From Felis catus (Eukaryota), in assembly GCF_018350175.1 (NCBI RefSeq), contig NC_058383.1:26042001-26106000 (forward strand): a stretch of DNA of 64,000 nucleotides, read 5' to 3'. Each line of letters starts with the position of its first letter. Position 1 is the first letter of the stretch. Below the pieces are notes generated by a model. It ran no database searches and had not been told where the DNA came from. It was given only the letters and a program-made list of their open reading frames with translations. The position numbers were made by a program, and so were the translations under genes. Positions 62,669 to 64,000 of the stretch are shown piece by piece.

Positions 62669-62985
62669 GAAACATCTGAGGATTTAGCCATACTGAGCCT
62701 GCATTCCTGCATAACCCCAATGGGCCAAATCTGAACATCAGTCACCTCATGTAGGCACAGGGTGTACACACCCCCATTTTTCATAACCCCTAACCAGCCT
62801 GCTTTGACAAGTGATGATACTGCTGGTCTTCTCTAGACCCTTAGTGTTCAACCTTTGTATGGTGGGTGTTTGAAGGCAAGGGAGGGAGAAACCAATTCTT
62901 CTCTTCCTGGAACTCTTTAATGACTGCTCCCTTAAGTCCACTGATTTCTTATCAGGACATGATCTTCATCTCAACAAATGCTTAC

Positions 62986-63152
62986 CACAGCCACTGCCAG
63001 GAGCCCCGGGCACAGAGTCATATGGATTTGCCGTCTCCATGGATTTCATTGCAATGCTTTCAGGGTAATCATTCTTTCTCCCAAGGATGCCCGAGGGGCT
63101 ATCACCCCTACGACGAAATGAGGGCTGGATTGAAGATGTTCTGCTGAACACC
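62986..63152 (-). CDS. TMC5: TMC5 long-isoform coding exon (167 nt); the gene continues beyond the right edge of the window
   Basis: gatttcag| VFSRTSSIQPSFRRRGDSPSGILGRKNDYPESIAMKSMETANPYDSVPGAPGSGC |gtaagc; phase joins the 58120 exon. Confidence 0.92.
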
Positions 63153-64000
63153 CTGAAATCCCAAAATGATGGATCAATATTCATCTAGTAGCATAGTAAG
63201 GATAGTCCTCCATTCATCATCCGTCCACCCATTCATTCATTCCACAAATGCTTACTGAATGCCAACCATGTGTTAGGCATGGTCTAGGGGGTGCGAACAC
63301 AAAGATAAAAACATGGGCTGTCTACCCTCAAGGAACTCTCAATCCAATCTGGTAGAGCTTCTTAGATACAGCTAAGCAATTATAATACAAGTAGTAACTG
63401 GTGAGTACCAGAAGACAGGCCCAGGGAGTTCAGAGGAAAGAGAAAAGAACTCTGGCTGGCAGTTCGGAGGGATATCTACAAGGAAAGAAACATCCCAGGT
63501 AGGACTAGAAGGATAAATTCATACATAAAGAGTTAGAAGGAGGGAATTCCAAGGATGAAGAACAGCATAGATAAAAGTGGGAGACGATAAACAAAAGTGT
63601 TGAATATATATAGGGAACAATACAAAAATTCATTAATCTGGAGCAATGTTCTCAATGTTATGCACATGCCACTTCCCAGGCCCCAGCCCAAACAATGACA
63701 TCAGAAGGTCTGAAGGTTGGACCCAGGCATCTGTATTATTTTTAAAGTTCCCCAGGTAATAGGGTGATTCTAAGGTTCAGTCCAGGTCAAGAACCACTGT
63801 ACTAGAGGTAGGGAGGGGTTAGGGGAGGTGGGGAGATGGGAGGAAGTCAGTCAGGCAGGTCTTTGGCTGGCACATTAGACCAGTGCATCCTCCTTCTTAA
63901 AAGTTTGCATAAGCAAAGCAATGTGGCCTTTCTCCCAAAGCTTATGGAGAACATGGAAGAGCAGAAACAAAGGAGTCAAAGTATCAGAGGTATATTTTGG

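Noticed and set aside
3587..62738. Many ORFs sharing GQRETEHERGRGRERGRHRIGNRLQALSHQPRA or MAQSVKRPTSAQVMIS...
   Set aside because: These are translations of CAN-SINE copies on either strand, not a repeated gene family or a CRISPR-like array; spacing is irregular and the copies have A tails and target-site duplications

Overview
Mammalian genomic DNA from a cat-family animal, judged from about 50 carnivore tRNA-derived CAN-SINEs of the feline SINEC_Fc type. It is intron-rich and eukaryotic, so almost all entries in the ORF track are spurious. Two convergent genes can be rebuilt exon by exon with GT-AG boundaries and consistent phases. GDE1 (+) contributes its last four coding exons (2395-9522; stop at 9520-9522; AATAAA at 9984). 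TMC5 (-) contributes 20 coding exons between 63152 and 17103. TMC5 has two N-termini here: a long form whose start lies beyond the right edge of the window, and a complete short form (about 749-750 aa) starting at an internal exon (ATG at 55275). The least expected element is a decayed, apparently spliced 5' fragment of VPS13B (about 25854-26135) inside a TMC5 intron, cut off by a SINE that lacks a target-site duplication. The remainder is SINE, L1, MaLR/LTR and DNA-transposon relics plus microsatellites. I found no convincing novel biological system; the findings below are modest. Gene and repeat-family names come from recalled sequences, not from a database search, and repeat boundaries are approximate.
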